Counted from the first letter of the stretch, positions 35,798 through 48,161 are shown. The stretch is DNA of 48,161 bases from Cyanophora paradoxa CCMP329 (GCA_004431415.1 QPMI01000320.1:1-48161), one strand, 5' to 3'. A program made the numbers and translations. The notes: generated by a model from the letters alone, not told the origin.

Positions 35798-36949
35798 CCC
35801 GCCCCCTCGCTTAAGCTTCTTCCCGCGCACCCGAGCCCACCCCGACTCTAATCTAGACCTAGAATCACCTGAACCTGTGCATGTGTGCGACTCATGATCA
35901 GAACCCGGGACCAATCATTGAATTGCAACATATGCGTCCGACGGTCTCTTCAAGTCTTCAAGGCTTGCCAAGTTGAGCTCCAGTTTCAAGCTTCGAGCCT
36001 CGCAAGCACTGCGGCACTGCAGCAGGGTTTTCCGTATCCGAGCGGCCTCGAGCTCGCCAAGCTTAAGAGTCGGAATCAGAATTCTTTAAGGCTTTAGCGC
36101 TTGCCGTACTATGGTAGCCTAGTAGCCTAGTAGCGCAGATTAAAGCCCTCAAGGCTTTAATTTTCAAGCTACTCATCATTCGGCATGCCATGATGATCAG
36201 TGGCTTCGAATTCGAGCCGGCGCCGGCGCCTCGGCCACTGGGCCACTTGTCCGGAAAGCATGATCGTGATCATGAGGCCCTGCAGCTGAGGCCCTGAGGG
36301 TGCTCCGGAACTTCGGAAGATCCGGTCGGAGAGTGTTCGAATTCTTCTTAACTCATTGAAGGCTCCGAGCCGCTGAGCCTCCGAGGCTCCAAGCGGTTCA
36401 ACGGTTCACCGGCCCAGGTTCAAGGCTCCAAACTTGAAACTTGATGTGGCAAGGCAGGCCCTGAGGCCCTGAGGTTGTGATCATGACACTCACTGGGTCA
36501 GTGACTGTGGCAATATCGATGTGGGCCGGGCAATGATTCACAACCCGTTGAACCTCCCAACCGTACACCTCCAGTGTCTGGTCCCCCGACTCTGATCATG
36601 AGCTTCCCCTCACTCGACTTTCTGAGCCCGGAAGCTTTTACCTACGTATACGTATACCAGGCCTGAGGCATGGTATACGCAAGCTATTTTTAAGCCCACA
36701 GCCCTCAGGGCCTGCAGCTGCGCCCGCCATGTCGCATGCTCAGTGCCAGTGATACGATGTGTCGTACCTTAACATACAGAATGGTTTATATTAATTATAA
36801 GACTATAGAGCTCGAGCTCGAGCTCGAGTGCCTTCCTGGAGGCCCTAGCTTGCTCTATAGCTAAGCTAGGTAAAGCTTGCAATCAAGCTGCAGCTCCATC
36901 AGCCGTTAACATTCGAATTTACATATCGTACTTCCCTAGGCCTCTCTCA

Positions 36950-37402
36950 TCCTCAGGTAGTCACTCCTCCCTTGAGTAGAATCTCATCTGCATTGCAGCA
37001 TTCGACCAACTGTTTACACATCAGAGCTCCATCCGGTCCGATGTCCAGAAGGCTGAGTCCCTCGAAGGCTGATAGCCATTTGTCTTGGTGTGTGTGAATC
37101 CATCATGTCACAGCAAAGAGTTATCATGATCAGGACCATGACTCCCCCTGGCCAGCATGAGGAAGAGGCCCACATTAAGATGTCTGTGGTTGCTTTCTCT
37201 GTCTGTATATGTGAGCACAAGACCGCAGGGGCATTCAAGGTAGAATGTGTAGCTGTGTTGTAGCTGGTTCACTGTCGATTGTGCATGGGGCCTTCAATAC
37301 AAACAGTTGTTGCGTGCTGCCTAATCATGTTTCGGTTCACTGTCGATTGTGCATGGGGCCTTCAATACAAACAGTTGTTGCGTGCTGCCTAATCATGTTT
37401 CG
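36950..37402 (+). mobile_element. Degenerate LINE endonuclease fragment with a 68-bp tandem duplication
   Basis: Inverted, diverged copy of ~38985-39440. An exact 68-bp duplication starts at 37266 and 37334. Confidence 0.55.
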
Positions 37403-38949
37403 ATTTGTAGAACAGGCCTTCAAGCACATCGAAGACATCGTCTACGACTGGGACCCTTAGAGACCCATGTGCTTTCTGCAATAGCTGTTTAGAGCGATAT
37501 GGCGGGAGGGCACCGGAGCGATCATTCAGACCTGTTTTAACTTCTGCATTTGATTGCCGGTTGCTTCGCCGCCATCCAGATTAGCCACATGTGTCGCAAG
37601 GCCAAACTGCGCGGGAGGAAAAGCGTTCTTTGAAGGGATGTGCCTCTGCTTCGAATGAGAACGCCACCTCTTCGACCGGGGCTGGACTGACAGCTTCTTG
37701 TCTTCTAGTCTTGAAAAGGCCCTCGAGCATGTCAAAGGCATCGTCTATGATTGGGACCCGTAGAGATACATTCGCACTCTGCGTTGGAGACACGATACAA
37801 TGGCACTTTCAGATAGATGGTGCAGGGGGCACGGTGAAAGCTCTCATTCAAACCTTTTCCTGGGCATGAGCTCCCCCCGGGCCATCCACGTAAGCCGGCT
37901 GAGCGACGCAGCTGCGCATGCCCACCGAATGCATGTCGAAGTTGCTGGTTGTTTGACCGCTTGCAAGGCGGGCTTTCTTGCAAGGCGGCACACCAGGCTT
38001 GACGTATTTGCTGTTATGAGCTCGGCTGCTCCTACTATGCACGTTTATTGCGCTACGGGCGCCGAAAGAAAACAACTTGCCGATCTTCGTACCCCTTTCC
38101 CAGGGGGGTGAATAGGGGGATCGCCGCAAATCATTTAATCATTCATCATTAAAGCCGCGTCCGGCGCGTCGTTGTCCTCGGTGGGATCAAAATCCAGCAT
38201 GCATATGGCCGCGCAAGTCTCCCCATCTTCGCGACCGGTTCGCATATAGCGCAGATAGTTGAAATCGCGACTGGGACGGCGGAGGGGGCGGGCTCCACAT
38301 CAACTCTCTTGCGCAGCTGCAGATAGGCGGCGCCACCGTGGCCACCGCTGGTGTGGATGAGTTCGACATGAGGACGGAATTGAACAATCTGAAGAAGGTT
38401 CGTGGTGGAAGCGCCTCCCTTGTTTTCGGCCCTGATGGACCTGTTCAGAAAGTGAACGATATCGTCCAGGTAATGAGTGCTTGCTTTTTCCGAAGTTCAT
38501 TCGAAGGTTATAATTACTAATTGTGGTATAGATGAATCGCAGGCGGCGCATACTCCGAGTTGTCACTACAATCATCATTGTGGCCGTCGAACTGTCCACT
38601 CGAAAGACTGCTTACTCCCTCGCTGCCATTCCATTCTCCTACTAATTTGGTAGTACTAGTGGAGTTGTACGGTGTCCCACCCACTTTTAAACTCCCAACT
38701 ATCTATTTTGCCTCGTACATTTCGTGGCCTGCTATTCCTGGTGCCATGTTGTTGCCAACGCTGGGCAAAGGCTACGCTCTGTGTGCAACAGAGGGCTCTA
38801 GGTCGTGCGCCACAATACATGGGAGATTCTACTCGAGGGAGGGAAGTGACGACGAGGGCAAGAGAGGGATACGCGACTGAACTCTAGCTATTACTGGATA
38901 TTGCAAGCAAGGGGAAGAAGAAGAGTATGCTAAGACCTGTCCAAGCCAG

Positions 38950-40950
38950 CCATGTGATTTTGACGAAAGCTGAAGGATCAGTACCGGAAGGCCCCAGGCA
39001 CAATCGGCAGTGCACCTGCCAGAAAAAGGGTAGTGGTGGCGAAAACACCTAACGGTCTATTCTACCTTGCATGCCCCGGCGGTCCGGTGCTCATACACAC
39101 AGACATGGAAAGCAACCACAGACATCCGAATGCAGGCCTCTTCCTAATGCCGGCCTGAGGGAGTCCTGGTCCCGAACTTCGGAATCTCATGTGTGAAACC
39201 ATCAGCTGTCAGCCATGTCATCAGCCTCATCGTAAGTAATGAACGGAACAAGGACACTGACACACGTTGGAGGGGACCGGAACAGGGACAATGAACGCTT
39301 TTTGAAATGAATTCGCACACACCGAGACAAATGGCTAGAGATATAACTGAGGTGTCCATCTGTGTCAAGTCGAGAGATGAACCTACGGGACTAAGCCTTA
39401 CGGACATCGGACCGGGTGGAGCTCGGATATGGAAATAACTGGAGACGCTATCCCGGGGACTAAGTCTAGAGCTGCAGCACAGGAAAGATCCTACGCGGGA
39501 AAGGGAGTGACTACCCAGGGACGAGAATAGAAATCAGAGGTGGGCAGCAAAGTGAACTGCAGCTGTAGCTATCGCTATGCCTAGTAAGCTAGGGCCTCCG
39601 AGAAGGCGCACTATAATCTAAACCACTCTGTACACGCTAGAGTACGGCCCGCCGTGTCGTCGGCACGGCGGGTCGGGTCGGGGGCTCGCTCGTCCGAGAA
39701 CAAGCCTGGTGGAGCCGCCGGGCTCAGAGCATTCGGGGAAGATTGGTCGGGGGAAAGGGGGACGGGGGCAGGGAGGGGGGCGCGGCATGGAGCGACGTTG
39801 GGCGGTGGGAAGGGACGGGGGAGGACCGGGTCGGGCAGCCGCGGTCGGGAGGAGGGAGGCTCCAGTGGCGCGTTCCGCCGGGCTTCCAGCCGCCCGCCGA
39901 CCGCCTCCCCCCCGCCGCGGGCAATGACGAGCCCCCTCCGCGGCGGTCCGGCCGCCCCGGCCTGGCGCGTGGCCGGGGCAGGCGCCGGTGGGTTCAGCGG
40001 CCGACCGACGACCTTCCACCTGGCAGCCCGCACCACCGTCCCCTCCCTGGGGTAGCGGGAGATCAGCAGAGCAGAAGGGGCGGAGGGGGTGGGGGATGGG
40101 GCCGTGGGGGAGGGCGACTGGGGCAACGGGCGAGAGAGGGCAGGGCGGGAGAGAGCAGCGGTGGCGGCGGGGGGCGAGCGTGTCGGCGGTAGGGAGGGGG
40201 GTGTGGAGGCGCAGGTCGCGCAGGCGACGGCGGGCCCTGCTGGAGGGGAAGGACCTCTTAAGTTCTGAGCAGGAAAGTGCAGGTTTGCGCACGGTTTAGC
40301 CCTGCTCGTGTGGAGTCTGCAGCTGATAGGAAATCGGTGCTTGGGGGAGGTCGAGCCTTAGCGTTTGAAAAGAGAAGAGGGGCCTGCAAAGTCAGAACAG
40401 GTCAGATCTGCCAGAGCGCCTTGAAGCGCGGGAGCCCGACTGCACCTTCGTGTTCTTTTCCAGAACGCTTCAGGCCAAGCTCTAGCTCTTTAAAATAGAA
40501 GTTAAGGCCCATTCTGGCTCGATTGCATCAGCTCGCGGTGGCCGAGGCAGCGACGAGCAGAGATTAGCTGCTCAGGCGCAAAGCACGGTGCTGCGGGTCG
40601 CCGAGTCGAGGGAAGTGAGAAGGTGGCGTGCGTCAAAGCCAGAAAGTCGATGCAATCGAGCCTGGTGCAGCAGGAGACTGATCGTCGTGCTAGAGCGCCG
40701 GCAGTGCGGTTCGGTGGGATGTACGAAGTGGACCTGGATGCTCGCCGGCGATTCCTTAGCTAGAGCACTCGCAATTCCTTAGAAACTTAGAGCACTTTGC
40801 GGAAATGCCGAGCTCACCCGGCGAAGCGCGCGGCATCGGCACGTCGGACGCTTTCGGCCACACATGTACTGGGATAGAACCTGCGCTTTACAGGCCAGGC
40901 AAGCGACTCCCGCAGCGTGTCTGAGTCTAAGCGCACGCTCTCGAGCTCGA
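38950..40950 (-). mobile_element. Degenerate non-LTR retrotransposon (ORF1 end plus APE endonuclease relic)
   Basis: Across stops and frameshifts: CAFSEA.L, LDTDGHLSYI...IHF.SVHCP and QGRIDR.VFS, in the order of L1/Tx1-type APE motifs. Several related copies lie nearby. Confidence 0.55.
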
Positions 40951-41399
40951 TCGACAGCTCGCTGCGCATGCGAGCTGCATGGATCTGTTAGCAACTCGAG
41001 CTAGCTTAGTCTAGTACTAGGCTAGCTAGCTAATTCACCAACCCTACTACTAGGCTAGCCCACGAGGGCGCATCTGCCTCCGCGCCCTCCAGCCGCTCTG
41101 CGCAACTTCTCTACACCCTGTACCCCCCTGGATCAGGCGACTCAGTGGCGAGGCACGCAGCAGCACAGCAGCAGCAGCGCGGAGCGTGGTGCGCACTTAT
41201 TCTTATCTTATGCGTCGTTCTGAGACTCTCCTGCCCTCGGGCACCTACAATCTGCCGCGAGGCACCTATCCCTGTCTTTTTGGCACCTATCCCTGCAGCC
41301 TCGCTTGTTCTATGTGCCAATGCGCATCACATGACGCGTTTTCCGCTTGCGTCACCGCGCGCACCTGATCGCTACTCTGCGTCGGCAGTTTTGACCGTT

Positions 41400-42098
41400 A
41401 TGGCTGACGAAGACTGGTCTTCCTTACAGCGAGGCGCATCGTCTGGCGGACGTAATAAGACTGAGCGGACTCATTTTATGTCGTTCTGGCACAAGCCCGA
41501 TCGTTCTGCGAGGCGTCATCCTGTGTTTGCGGCTCCGGCCGCGGAGAGGTATCTTATTCGTCAGGAGCTCAACCATGCTTCGGGAGTGCCGACTGAGCTT
41601 CGCTTCCGCTTCCCCTTGGATCCTGCCAAGGCGCGAATCACTGAACCTGATGATGTGCGCAAGGTCCAAGGTTCCTATCGCTCAAAGGAGATGATATCTC
41701 GTTCTCGGGACCTCTCACGGCACATGCAGTCGACCCCATTTCAGCGCCCCGGCACTTCTGGCATCTCGCTTGACCCCAAACTGAACCCTGACAAGAACAC
41801 TCTGGACATCACTGTTGATTTTCACTCCCCAGACCATGGCGTCCTTCAATCCTACTCGGCTTTTTATGGCACCTTGGACAAACTTATAGAACTTTTCCCT
41901 ACCACAATCTCAGACTTCTATCCCCGTGGACATCGCTATAAACTGTTCCTCCACCATCAGACTGTAACTGATTTTGTTCGATCCAACTCTGTTGCTGGTG
42001 TCCCTTCCTCAGTCCCAGCCCTTGCCTCTAGCTGGTCATCAAAGCCAGGAGAGCCTGAGCCCCACGTCCTTCTTGAGCTGTCAATTAACCTTCCTCCC
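41400..42098 (+). mobile_element. Intronless truncated ORF (MADEDW...), probable LINE ORF1 5' part
   Basis: About 233 open codons with no introns and lower GC than host genes. It is preceded by GGCACCTA repeats and broken at 42099 by an inverted LINE piece. Confidence 0.45.
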
Positions 42099-42990
42099 AT
42101 GGCTAGAGATAAAATGGCTAGAGATATAACTGAGACAAATGGCTAGAGATATAACTGAGGTGTCCATCTGTGTCAAGTCGAGAGATAAACCTACGGGACT
42201 AAGCCTTTCGGATATCGGACCGGGCGGAGCTCGGATGTGGAAGTAGATGGAGAGGCTACCCCGGGAGCTAGTTCTAGAGCTGCAGCACAAGAAAGATCCT
42301 ACGCGGGGAGGGGAGTGACTACCCAAGGACGAAGAGGAGGAGCATGAGTGGACGGCACAGTAAGAGCTGCAGCTGAAGCTATGCCTAGTTAGCTAAGGCC
42401 TCCGGGAAGGCGTACTATGATCTAAACCACCCTATACACGCTAAGGTACGGCCCGCCGTGTCGCCGGCACGGCGGGCGCGGGCCGGGGGCTCGCTCATCC
42501 AGGAGCGGGCCTGATGGAGCCGCCGGGCTCTGGGCATCGGGGAGAGGACGGTCGAGGGGGAGGGGGAGGGGCTGGGGGAGCGGCATGGGAAGGAGTGAGG
42601 CAGTGAGAAGAGGCAGGGGGGGACCGGGTCGGGTGGCCGCGGCCGGGAGGGGGGGAGGGTCCAGTGGCGCGTTCCGCCGGGCTTCCAGCCGCCCGCCGAC
42701 CGCCTCCCCCCCGCCGTGGGCAATGACGAGCCCCCTCCGCGGCGGTCCGGCCGCCCCGGCCTGGCGCGTGGCCGGGGCTGGTGCAGATGGGTTCAGCGGC
42801 CGACAGACGACCTTCCGCCTGGCAGTCCGCAGCACCGTCCCCTCCCTGGTGTAGCGGGGGATCAGCAGAACGGCAGAGGCGAAGGGAGCGGGGGGGTTGG
42901 CCGGAGAGGGGCGACTGGGGTGACGGAGGGGAGGGGGCCGGGTTTGGCGGGGGCGGCGGCGGCGGCGTGAAGCGAGCGTGTCGGCGGTAG
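42099..42990 (-). mobile_element. Second copy of the LINE relic
   Basis: Colinear and highly similar to ~39325-40190. Confidence 0.75.
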
Positions 42991-42999
42991 TTTAATCAC

Positions 43000-44040
43000 T
43001 GAATTCGCACACACCGAGACAGTACAGCTAGTGATGAAACTGGGGTGTCTGACTGTGTCATGTCGAAAGGTAACAAATTAGGCTAAGGCGCAATGCTAGC
43101 CATCAGAAACCGGACAGGGTGGAGCTATTGTACTGAGGAAAGCGAACTACACACACCTAGCAACGCTGCTTACTCCTATCTAGAGAGCCGAAGCAGGACA
43201 GAGCAACCATAACCCCCCCTCAAGACGTGGGAGCCTACAAGAGAGAGCCCAGGTATATGAGAGCCGCGCAGCCTGAACTATAGCCCTCTATCTGATAGGG
43301 AAGAGGCGCACTAAGGGAGCAAGGCCAGCTAACCCCAGGGAGGGCCGGAAACCGGAGCCCGTGAGAGCCCGGGTGAAAACCGGCGGGCGCACAGCATCGC
43401 CGGCCGCAGCCAGCGACCTGTGCTCCTCGGCCGAGAGATACCTCCTCCAGCTGGCGCGCGCGCGCACGCGGAATCCGCTGCGGCGGGGGTTGGGAGGCCC
43501 CGGGGCGCCCGAGTGCTCAAAAGCACGTCGCCTCGCCAGGAATCCAAGCATCTGTGCGGCCGCGACGCCCACGGCCGCGACGCGGGCGTGCACTCACACG
43601 ACCGACGATCATCTGCGCGGGCGCAACGCAGGTCGCCGGCCCCATAGCCGCGGGCGGCCGCTCGAGCTCGCTACCGCAGAGAAGTGCTCGGGCTGAACGA
43701 GAGAGCAGCTGCTGAAGCCGCCGCTGGTGTCCGCTGGAGTGGCTCGCCGAACCGACCCACGGAGCGGATTCCTAACGGACGCGCGGCTAACCAGCTAAAG
43801 GAGGGATGGAGGTACCGCCGAGGCGATTCGCGGCAGCCGGAGAGGCGCCCAGCGGGCAGGAGCCCGCCACCTACTTTCTCTCCAGGACCGAGTCCAGGTC
43901 GACGTCGGGGTACGCGAATCGTCGGTGGTAGCGGGGGAGGGTATGTAGGCGCAAATCGCGCAGGCGGCGGCGGGTCGGCAGCGGGCGCGGGGGCCCGGCG
44001 AGCGGCCGTAGGTGATAGGTTGAGAGTGAGGTCGTCATAG
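43000..44040 (-). mobile_element. Third, more diverged copy of the LINE relic
   Basis: TGAATTCGCACAC..CGAGACA at 43000 matches 39308, and 43920-43975 matches 40183-40236. Confidence 0.55.
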
Positions 44041-44636
44041 GCGGGTCTTGGTGGCCATGGTGGAGTCTCCTCGTCTCCTCCAGGTGTAGCCCCCCCCCCC
44101 CCCCCCCCCTCCCCTACGCCGTGACGCCGTGACGGGGGTTAGTTATCCGGGAGGGGTAGGCTCCAGGGGCGGACCTTAAGCTTGGTGGTGTCGTAGATCT
44201 CTTGTGCTCGTAGTGCTGCCTTCCATCCACTGTACTCCGGCGGGCAGTCGGCGTTCTGGGCTGCGCGCAGTTCGTTATGGAGGTGCAGGGGCCCGTCGCA
44301 GGCGGGACAGAGCTCTATCGGGCGCGGGGTCCGCGGGCGCGTTCTTTAGCCCTAGCTCCTGTGCGGGGCGGGCGCGGGCGACGTTTAGAGGCTTGGGAGA
44401 TGCGACAGTCCCGTTCCCAGGCTGCAGTGATCTCGCATCGGCTGGTCCACAACCGGCGCGCGCGTTCGATCAGCATCTGACGTACGCGTTTAGCCGTGCG
44501 GGGCGCGCGGCGCGGATCGAGGTCAAGCCGTCGAACCAGGTCGCTTTCGAGCGACGTATACGTAGGAGCGATGCCGGCGCCCTGGAGTACCCAGAGTCGC
44601 GGGAAGACGGTCGGGTCGTCGTCGAGGCTGCGCGCT

Positions 44637-45407
44637 TCCGGGCGGCCCGGTCTCCTCCCAAGCGCCCGCCGCCAAGAGCGCACCCGAGGGCGCGGGGCCG
44701 GCGTCCTCCAACACCGGTACAGGCGCTCTTCTGCAGCTGTGCCCTGTCGCGCGCGCGCCTGCTCCTGCGTGCTGAGGGCGCGTGGCGCTGGCGCAGGCGT
44801 GCGGGGGAGCGGGCCGGCGCCGGCTCCGGGACGGGAGGCCGGCGGGGTGCACGAGAGGGCGGAGTGGGCGGAGGAGGCGCTCGAGGAGGGGTTTGAGGAG
44901 GAGGAGGCGGGGCGCGGGGAGGAGCCCTTTGAGCGCGACTGGGGCGGGGCGGGGGCGGAGGGGGCGGAGGGGTGGGCCCTCGGGGCCGCCGGGGAGGCGC
45001 CCCGCGAGCCCGCCTTCCCTGTTCTTGCAGCCGGCCCGGGGCCCTCCCCCTGGCCCCTTTCCCCAGCCCCGCCCTCCCCCCGCCCCCCCGCCCGCCCCGG
45101 CCCCGCCCGGAGCTTCAGCGCCCACGCGGGGGCCTCCTGGAGGCCGGCGCCGGGCCGAGGGCCCCGGGGAGCGGGCGGCGGGCCCGAGTGGCCCCCGCTG
45201 GAGTCCCCGCGCCGCGGCCACTCCGCCCCGAAGCTCTCCCCGCAGCGCTTCCTCCGCTCATCATGACCCGCCCCCTCGCTTAAGCTTCTTCCCGCGCACC
45301 CGAGCCCACCCCGACTCTAATCTAGACCTAGAATCACCTGAACCTGTGCATGTGTGCGACTCATGATCAGAACCCGGGACCAATCATTGAATTGCAACAT
45401 ATGCGTC
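44637..45407 (+). pseudogene. Direct duplicate of the 3' part and downstream flank of the 33952-35797 gene, with an internal deletion
   Basis: Near-identical to 34646-34874 joined to 35401-35938. Confidence 0.92.
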
Positions 45408-45584
45408 TCTTAAAGATCTTAAGCGCCAACTTTCATGATTATGAGCTAGTCCGACGGTCATGATCGCTGTCACGGAAAGCAGCTCTGAAGTTTACTGTCA
45501 CTCCACGACGATCACTCAACTTGCAAATGGCAAATGCGGCTCGCAGATCTAGAGGACGAGGCAAGGGGGCGCGCGGGGCGGGGC

Positions 45585-47987
45585 TCAGAGGGCGTCGGCG
45601 CGGCGGAGGATCTCGTGGACGAAGCGGGCGCAGCGGCCGAGGTCGCGCAGGGAGACGCGCTCGTCCACCCCGTGGATCCGCCGCACGTCCTCCGTCGTCT
45701 GCCGCCCGGCCGGGGGCTCGAGGGGGAAAGAGGCGGGGGTGCTATGATAGGGGAAGGCGGGGCGCACGAGATCGACGGGGGAGAAGCGGCAGACGCCGCC
45801 CGGGCACACTTTGCGGAAGTGCTGCCCCCGCGCCCTCAGCCCCAGGCCCCGCGCCGGCGCCGGGGCGGGGCGGGGCGGGGCGGGGCGGGGCGGGACGGGG
45901 CGGACGCGGGAGTCGGTGGCCTGGCTGGTGGTGTAGGGGGCGACCACGACCTGCCGCCCCGTCGGGGGAGGAGGCGGCGGGGCGGCGCGGGGCGGGGCCG
46001 CACGTGGTCGCAGAGGACGGCGCGGGCGCTCTGCTCGACGAGGCGGTACGCCGGCCCCGCCACGTCCGTCACCGGCGCCGCCTCGTGCACCGCCCGCCCC
46101 GCCCGCACCCGCACGCGCGCCCCCTGCACCCCGCCCCGCCGGCGATTGCCTCGGCGCGGGGCGTGCGGGGGCGGCGCGGGGGCGGGGGGCGGGGCACGAG
46201 GTCGCGTGTGTGCTTCTCGACGTGCTGGATGGCGTCCTCGACGCTCTGGCCCGGCAGCATCCGCACGTTCAGGCACGCCCGCGCCACCCGCGGGATCACT
46301 GCCCGCCCCTCAGCGCGGCGGGCGGGACGGGGCGGGGTGCCGGGGGCGGGGCGGGCCGTTGAGGGCGGTGCCGGCCTGGACGGTGGTGATGGCGATCGAG
46401 GTGCGCACCGCCGCCGCCGTCTCCGCCTTCCTGCGCCCCGCCGCCCCGCCCCGCTCGCCCCCGCCGGCTGCGAGGGCGGGGCCGGGGCGGGGCGGGGCGG
46501 GCTTGAGGTAGGACTGGAGGAGGAGGTGCTCGCGGACGAGGGCACCGCCAGCGCCGCCCGCTTGAAGAGCGGCATGTGCGGCGACACCGCCTGCCGCGGC
46601 GTGAGGGCCGCCCGGGCGGCGCGGGGCGGGGGCGGGGCGGGGGCGCCTCGATGAACTTGAGGATGGGCTCCGTGAGCACCGGCGGCATCGGGTTCTCGTC
46701 CACCCTGCCCCCCGCCCCGCCCCGTCGCCCCGGCAGCCCCGGCAGCCGCGGGCGGGGCGGCGCGGGGCGGGGCGGGCGGGGACCGCATGAGGGCGTGGGC
46801 GAGGCGGGCGACGGGTCCGGCGGGCTGGGGCATCGACGCGTGCCCGCCCTCGCCCTCGCACTCGAGCTCGAGCACCGCGTCGCCCTTCTCCGAGATGCCG
46901 ACGACGGCGACGGGCGCCGACACGCCGGGGACGACGCCGCGGGAGACGACGCCGCCCTCGTCCAGGAGGAGCGCCGCCCGCACGCCCCGCCCTCCAGCAC
47001 CCCGCCACCTCCCGCGCCCCCCGCTGGCCCCCCACCTGCCCGCCCCCGCCCCGCTCGCCCCCGCGCCCCGCGCCCCGCACCGCGCCGGGCGAGGCCGGGC
47101 ACCTCCTCGTCGTGGCCGGCGACGATGAGGACGGTGCGGCGGGGCTTGTGGCCCGCCTTCGCCAGCCCCTGCCCCCGCCCCGTCGCCCGCGCTCCGAGGC
47201 GGCGGGGCGGGGCGGGGCGGGGCCGACGTCGACGGCGTAGAGGGCGCAGATGAGGGCGTGCTTCATGTCGAGCGCGCCGCGGCCCCACACGAATCCCTGC
47301 CCAGAGTCGGCCGGGGCGGGGCGGGGCGGGGCGGGCGGGGCACGTCGGCGATGGCGCCGGAGAAGGGCGGGTGCGTCCAGCCCTCGGGCGGCGCCGGCAC
47401 CACGTCCTGCACGCGGCAAGGCGGCGCAGCTGAGCCGAGCCGGGCGGGGCGCTGCGGGGCGGGGCGAAGCAGGGCCGGGCTGAGCGGGCGGGGGCAGGGC
47501 ACCTGGTGCGCGTAGATCATCACCGCCTCCTTCTCCGGCTCCGTCCCCTTCCACGTAAACCTGCCCCGCCCGAGCCGCCTCGGCGCCAGGACCCGCGGCG
47601 AGGGCGCGGGGCGCGCGGCGGCGCACAGGAGGGAGTGGTTGGCGATGACCTCCCGCGTGAGGACCCGGTGCAGGTCGGGGAAGCTCGCCTCGAGGTACTC
47701 CCGCAGCTTCTTGAAGTTCGCCGCGTTCTTCGGCTCCTCCGCCGTCGTGTCCGACTCGTAGCTCGTCGTGTCGATCTGCGCCGGAGCTTGAGCTCACAAG
47801 CGCCTGCGGAGTGTCGTTCGCACGGCGAGGCGCGGACCTGGATCGCCCCGGAAAGGAGCTTCGCAATGCGCTCCTCCTCTTCCGTCGGCTTGTACGGCTC
47901 GGACGAAGCGCCCTCGGCTGCGGCCGGCGCCGAGTGCGCATGCTCACCTCCGCCGTCCGAATTCTTGCTTCCGCGGCGGTGGCCCAT
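45585..47987 (-). CDS. M20 family metallopeptidase (PM20D1/carboxypeptidase S-like), multi-exon
   Basis: YAHQ|DVVP, WTHPPFSG, VWGRGALDMK, GHDEE|VGG, LDEGG, EKG, GGHASMP, N|VIP, NVRMLPG, ATDS and IHGVDER. Confidence 0.92.
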
Positions 47988-48161
47988 CGGTGCCAGTGAT
48001 TTGATTTAGCTTAGATTCGAAGGTGACGCGCTCCTTCGGCTGCCGTCGGTGTCGGGAGAGAGAGTTCTGTTGAGCTCGTCCTTGTTGTGCAGGGGACTGG
48101 TCGACTTCACGTCTCCGGATTCCGGATTGGAGGCGCAGATCGACAGGATTCGACACGTCTC

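Overview
This is GC-rich eukaryotic genomic DNA with many short spliceosomal introns. An N-terminal Phe-type plastid transit peptide suggests an alga, possibly glaucophyte-like (inference only). Most ORFs in the supplied track are artefacts of GC content, so gene models were rebuilt by hand from splice signals. Host genes: a RELCH/LisH-like gene (partial), a plastid-targeted protein with a 10-nt micro-exon, an unusually short VPS13-like chorein-N + PH protein, a type I membrane Ig/PKD protein, a low-complexity protein, a degenerate vWA protein, an IQ-motif protein, an unknown protein and an M20 peptidase. There are two accessory blocks. (1) A ~13.6 kb element (8279-21875) bounded by gapless 108-bp inverted repeats encodes an apparently intact, intron-split IS3/IS481-type (IS3EU-like) DDE transposase. 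It also carries a convergent second gene, captured gene fragments, and two abutting ~160-bp tandem arrays that are diverged homologues in opposite orientation. (2) An ~8.7 kb block of LINE relics and palindrome-saturated DNA lies between two direct copies of a gene 3' end.
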